This document shows, in pieces, positions 61,637 through 64,000 of a stretch of 64,000 nt of DNA; position 1 is the stretch's first letter; each line of letters opens with the position of its first letter. This DNA is from Pseudomonadota bacterium (GTDB lineage: Bacteria; Desulfobacterota; Desulfobacteria; Desulfobacterales; RPRI01), in contig JBDRRF010000065.1 of the NCBI GenBank assembly GCA_043825875.1, positions 1-64,000 of the forward strand, read 5' to 3'. The position numbers and the translations under genes are program-made. Under the pieces are notes generated by a model that saw nothing but the letters and a program-made list of their open reading frames with translations, did no database searches and had not been told where the DNA came from.

Positions 61637-61667
61637 GATAATTCCTCAATGTCATTAGTGCTTATCG
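61585..61667. repeat. 83-bp imperfect direct repeat, copy A
   Basis: Ungapped match to 62942-63024 at offset 1357, with exact 16-bp and 24-bp blocks. Confidence 0.85.
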
Positions 61668-61743
61668 TCATCACCAGCAGCAAAAAAACAGAATGAGGAA
61701 AAACCGCGCCGCTGTCCAATTGTATGTGATTCGTTGCTCATTA

Positions 61744-62706
61744 TTATTTATTTCTGTTTAAAATACTTATTATTAATCGTTTGACAGTTTCCATTTCATC
61801 GCTTTTGCTAACAGCTATGAATAAAGTCAGACTGGCCAGTGCTTCATTGCTTATAGTCAGGCTCTCTTCAGTAGGTCGCAAACGGTGGTTCTGTTGCATG
61901 AACAACAGGAAACATGCAGCGGCAATGCGCTTGTTGCCATCAATAAAGGCGTGGTTTTTGACAATAAGATAGAGCAGAGTCGCGGCTTTTTCCTCAAAGG
62001 TCGGGTACAAATCCTTTTGGCCAAAACACTGGCGGATCTGCTCAATGGCGCTTTTGAAACCATTATCACGCTCCTGGCCGAAAATCGTGGAATTAAATTC
62101 GGCACGCATCTGTTTTATGATGGCCTCATAATCTTCATAGACCGGATAAATCACTGGCGCATAAGTGTCGCCTTTACTGTCGAGAGTTTTATGGTCATAA
62201 TCGTCCAGCAATCGCAGTCCTTTAGCATACAGGTTTAACCATTCGTGATCAGCATCCGCCGCTTTGTCTTCAATGGCACGACTGAGAATACGGATACCAT
62301 TTTTAAGATATTTTATTTCCTGCTGTTTCTGTTCAAGCCGGTTTTCATTGATGGCATAGCCCTGCACCAAATAATCTTTTAGGCGGTGCGTGGCCCACTG
62401 ACGGAATTGGGTGCCGCGTTGTGATTTTACGCGGTAGCCAACGGAGATGATGACATCTAGATTATAATATTGTGTAGAGTATTCTTTGCCGTCTTCGGCA
62501 GTATGTGCAAAAAATGCACATACTGCATCTTTATTGAGTTCACCTTCTTTAAATATGTTGTTAATATGCTTAGTAATAACCGAACGTTCCCTCTCGAATA
62601 GCAGGGTCAACTGCTTTTGAGTTAGCCATACTGTATCTTGATCCAAATTTACCGATAGTTGGATTTGATTGTCGTCACTTTTAAATATCTCTATTTGTTT
62701 TTTCAT
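61744..62706 (-). CDS. RhuM/Fic-Doc family protein
   Basis: TVWLTQ, YNLDVIISVGYRVKSQRGTQFRQWA (RhuM) and HAFIDGNKR (Fic/Doc); start moved to MKKQIEIF. Confidence 0.9.
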   Translation of the reverse strand: MKKQIEIFKSDDNQIQLSVNLDQDTVWLTQKQLTLLFERERSVITKHINNIFKEGELNKDAVCAFFAHTAEDGKEYSTQYYNLDVIISVGYRVKSQRGTQFRQWATHRLKDYLVQGYAINENRLEQKQQEIKYLKNGIRILSRAIEDKAADADHEWLNLYAKGLRLLDDYDHKTLDSKGDTYAPVIYPVYEDYEAIIKQMRAEFNSTIFGQERDNGFKSAIEQIRQCFGQKDLYPTFEEKAATLLYLIVKNHAFIDGNKRIAAACFLLFMQQNHRLRPTEESLTISNEALASLTLFIAVSKSDEMETVKRLIISILNRNK

Positions 62707-62746
62707 GAACGTAGCTTTTTCCAGTTGCCGCATTTTTTGCACCAAC

Positions 62747-62940
62747 TCCTTTATTCTTCTGCTTTATCTGCTCCACCAAGCTACCAATCCTCTTCCCGGC
62801 AATAGGCATAAAGTTCGGCGTCCCTGAGCAGTTGGCCAGCAAGGCCTTTTTTAAGGATGCTCTGGCGCAGGGCCTCTGATTTTCCAGGCTATGATCGATG
62901 CTCTCGGCCAGCTTCTCGCACACGTACAGTCGAGATTCAA
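62747..62940 (-). pseudogene. hsdS: Frameshifted 3' remnant of a type I R-M specificity subunit (HsdS)
   Basis: ESRLYVCEKLAESIDHSLE / SEALRQSILKK..AGQLL..EEDW across a frameshift, then a stop. Confidence 0.7.
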
Positions 62941-62941
62941 A

Positions 62942-63024
62942 GGTTTAAATCTATCAATGATTCTTATGATAATTTATCTATATCGATCTTCATGGAATTT
63001 CCTAAATGCTATTATTGTTTATCG
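62942..63024. repeat. 83-bp imperfect direct repeat, copy B (pseudogene start MKIDIDKLS*ESLIDLN)
   Basis: Aligns to 61585-61667. Confidence 0.85.
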
Positions 63025-63049
63025 CCTCACATCATTATTTATTCCTCGT

Positions 63050-63077
63050 GTAGAGACGCAAACTTTTGCGTCTCTAC
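63050..63077. repeat. GTAG-type REP palindrome
   Basis: GTAGAGACGCAAA-CT-TTTGCGTCTCTAC. Confidence 0.85.
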
Positions 63078-63105
63078 GAATGCGCTATTTCAATCCAATC
63101 TATTC

Positions 63106-63396
63106 TTATTTCTCTGAATCGTTAGGATATAAATCATCGTCCTTCCAACTAATAGGATTATTTTTAATATAATTTTGCATTTTACTATACGATTCGTCGT
63201 TTCGTATAATGTGATCATAAAAACGGGATTGCCATGCAAAATCTATATTGTTCATGGTAGCATATTTTTTTACTCCGGTTTTATATCCACGGATTATGGA
63301 ACCAATATTTTGCGATTGTGGCCCAAACCGGTTTTGCGAACCCGAAAACGGTGGTGGTCATTGTCGTTGTAGAGACGCAAAATCTTGCGTCTCTAC
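63106..63396 (-). pseudogene. C-terminal remnant of a REP-associated tyrosine transposase (RAYT, IS200-like Y1)
   Basis: VETQDFASLQRQ*..FGPQSQNIGSIIRGYKTGVKK..FAWQSRFYDHIIRND..YIKNNP.SW; no HUH N-terminus; not in the ORF track. Confidence 0.8.
63369..63396. repeat. GTAG-type REP palindrome
   Basis: GTAGAGACGCAA-AATC-TTGCGTCTCTAC. Confidence 0.85.
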
Positions 63397-63560
63397 GGCT
63401 GAACGCTGATAGAACTGGGTACTTCGCTGTGTTTTACGCGATAGCCGACCAAGATTATGACATAAAAATTATACAATTTTACCGACCTGCTTTGCGTTTT
63501 ACCTTTGATCGCACCATGCAAAGTGGTTTGTCAGAAATCCTTACATACCACAATATGCAT

Positions 63561-63767
63561 CTATATACTAGAAAGAAGCAAATATAGCCCGCTTACAGCC
63601 ATAATAAAAATACAAATAATCAGAAGCCACCCATATTTTTCAACTCTCTCTTTTCTTAGTTGTTCTTTTTTACCTGAAAAATTTAGTCGGCCAGTGTAAA
63701 CTAAGGTAAGCCAGATTGCCGCACATATCCCAAAAATACCTTCGACAATATCTATTATTTGATTCAT
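63561..63767 (-). CDS. Small two-TM hypothetical protein
   Basis: 68 aa with two hydrophobic helices. Confidence 0.55.
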   Translation of the reverse strand: MNQIIDIVEGIFGICAAIWLTLVYTGRLNFSGKKEQLRKERVEKYGWLLIICIFIMAVSGLYLLLSSI

Positions 63768-63783
63768 ATTACTTTAGTTTGAT

Positions 63784-64000
63784 CTAACGATAAAGCTTAT
63801 AATCAATATTAAATTTTCCTGCCTTGTAATTAAATTTTCTGATTGTAGTTTTTAATACTTTTGCAGCCTGGGCGCAGTTACCTCTGGTGTTTTTTAATGC
63901 ATCGATAATTTTTTCTTTTTCAAGGTTTTCAACCGAACCTTCAAGTGAAAGTGAGGGCATTGTTCCGGATTCCACACCTGTTTGTAAGGTAGGCGGCAGA
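63784..64000 (-). CDS. 3' end of a sigma54-dependent (NifA-like) activator, Fis-type HTH; runs off the window
   Basis: LPPTLQ..LEKEKIIDALKNTRGNCAQAAKVL.TT.R..YK. Confidence 0.8.
   Translation of the reverse strand, partial: LPPTLQTGVESGTMPSLSLEGSVENLEKEKIIDALKNTRGNCAQAAKVLKTTIRKFNYKAGKFNIDYKLYR

Noticed and set aside
63358..63360. In-frame TGA in the RAYT remnant as selenocysteine or readthrough
   Set aside because: Lies in a variable linker of a truncated gene, not at a Cys position; simple decay is more likely
63050..63396. Two 28-bp palindromic repeats as a mini CRISPR array
   Set aside because: Only two units 291 bp apart, no cas genes; GTAG ends and RAYT context indicate REPs
62681..63587. 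Short ORFs 62681-62923, 62857-63117, 62891-63172, 63175-63372 and 63318-63587
   Set aside because: Shifted or antisense readings of the hsdS and RAYT remnants and REP palindromes

Overview
AT-rich bacterial chromosomal window; gene content and order suggest Desulfobacterota/deltaproteobacteria (inference). 0.26-25.2 kb is a chemotaxis/flagellar locus: a leftward cheR and cheW-MCP, and a rightward PilZ-cheA-cheD-HDOD-cheY-cheX-like-cheB-cheZ-cheY, small hypothetical, two sigma54 activators flanking an AMIN/TPR protein, then flgBC-fliEFGHIJ-MotE-like. Four sigma54 (-24/-12) sites, one sigma28-like site and three GTCAA-N4-TTGAC-type boxes are readable. Its wiring is the most unusual part: CheA carries a tandem MshEN-type c-di-GMP motif where P2 normally sits, the FleR/FlrC-like activator has Glu at its phospho-acceptor (E54) and no partner kinase, and a possibly FliX-like protein precedes the first activator. 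25.7-61.2 kb is a patchwork of housekeeping and accessory genes (O-antigen ligase/GT2, two-component pair, TetR-RND pump, radical SAM, aroB plus two aldolases, xth, FRG, hybrid kinase). It includes what looks like a decayed solitary integron cassette at about 39.0-39.5 kb. Three copies of a 142-143 bp hairpin MITE-like repeat are spread across the window. The last 2.7 kb is a recombination scrapyard: RhuM-Fic, an hsdS remnant, an 83-bp duplication, a RAYT remnant between two GTAG-REP palindromes, and weak attC-like relics. No rRNA, tRNA or CRISPR array was seen. All family calls are from motif recognition by eye; no searches were run.
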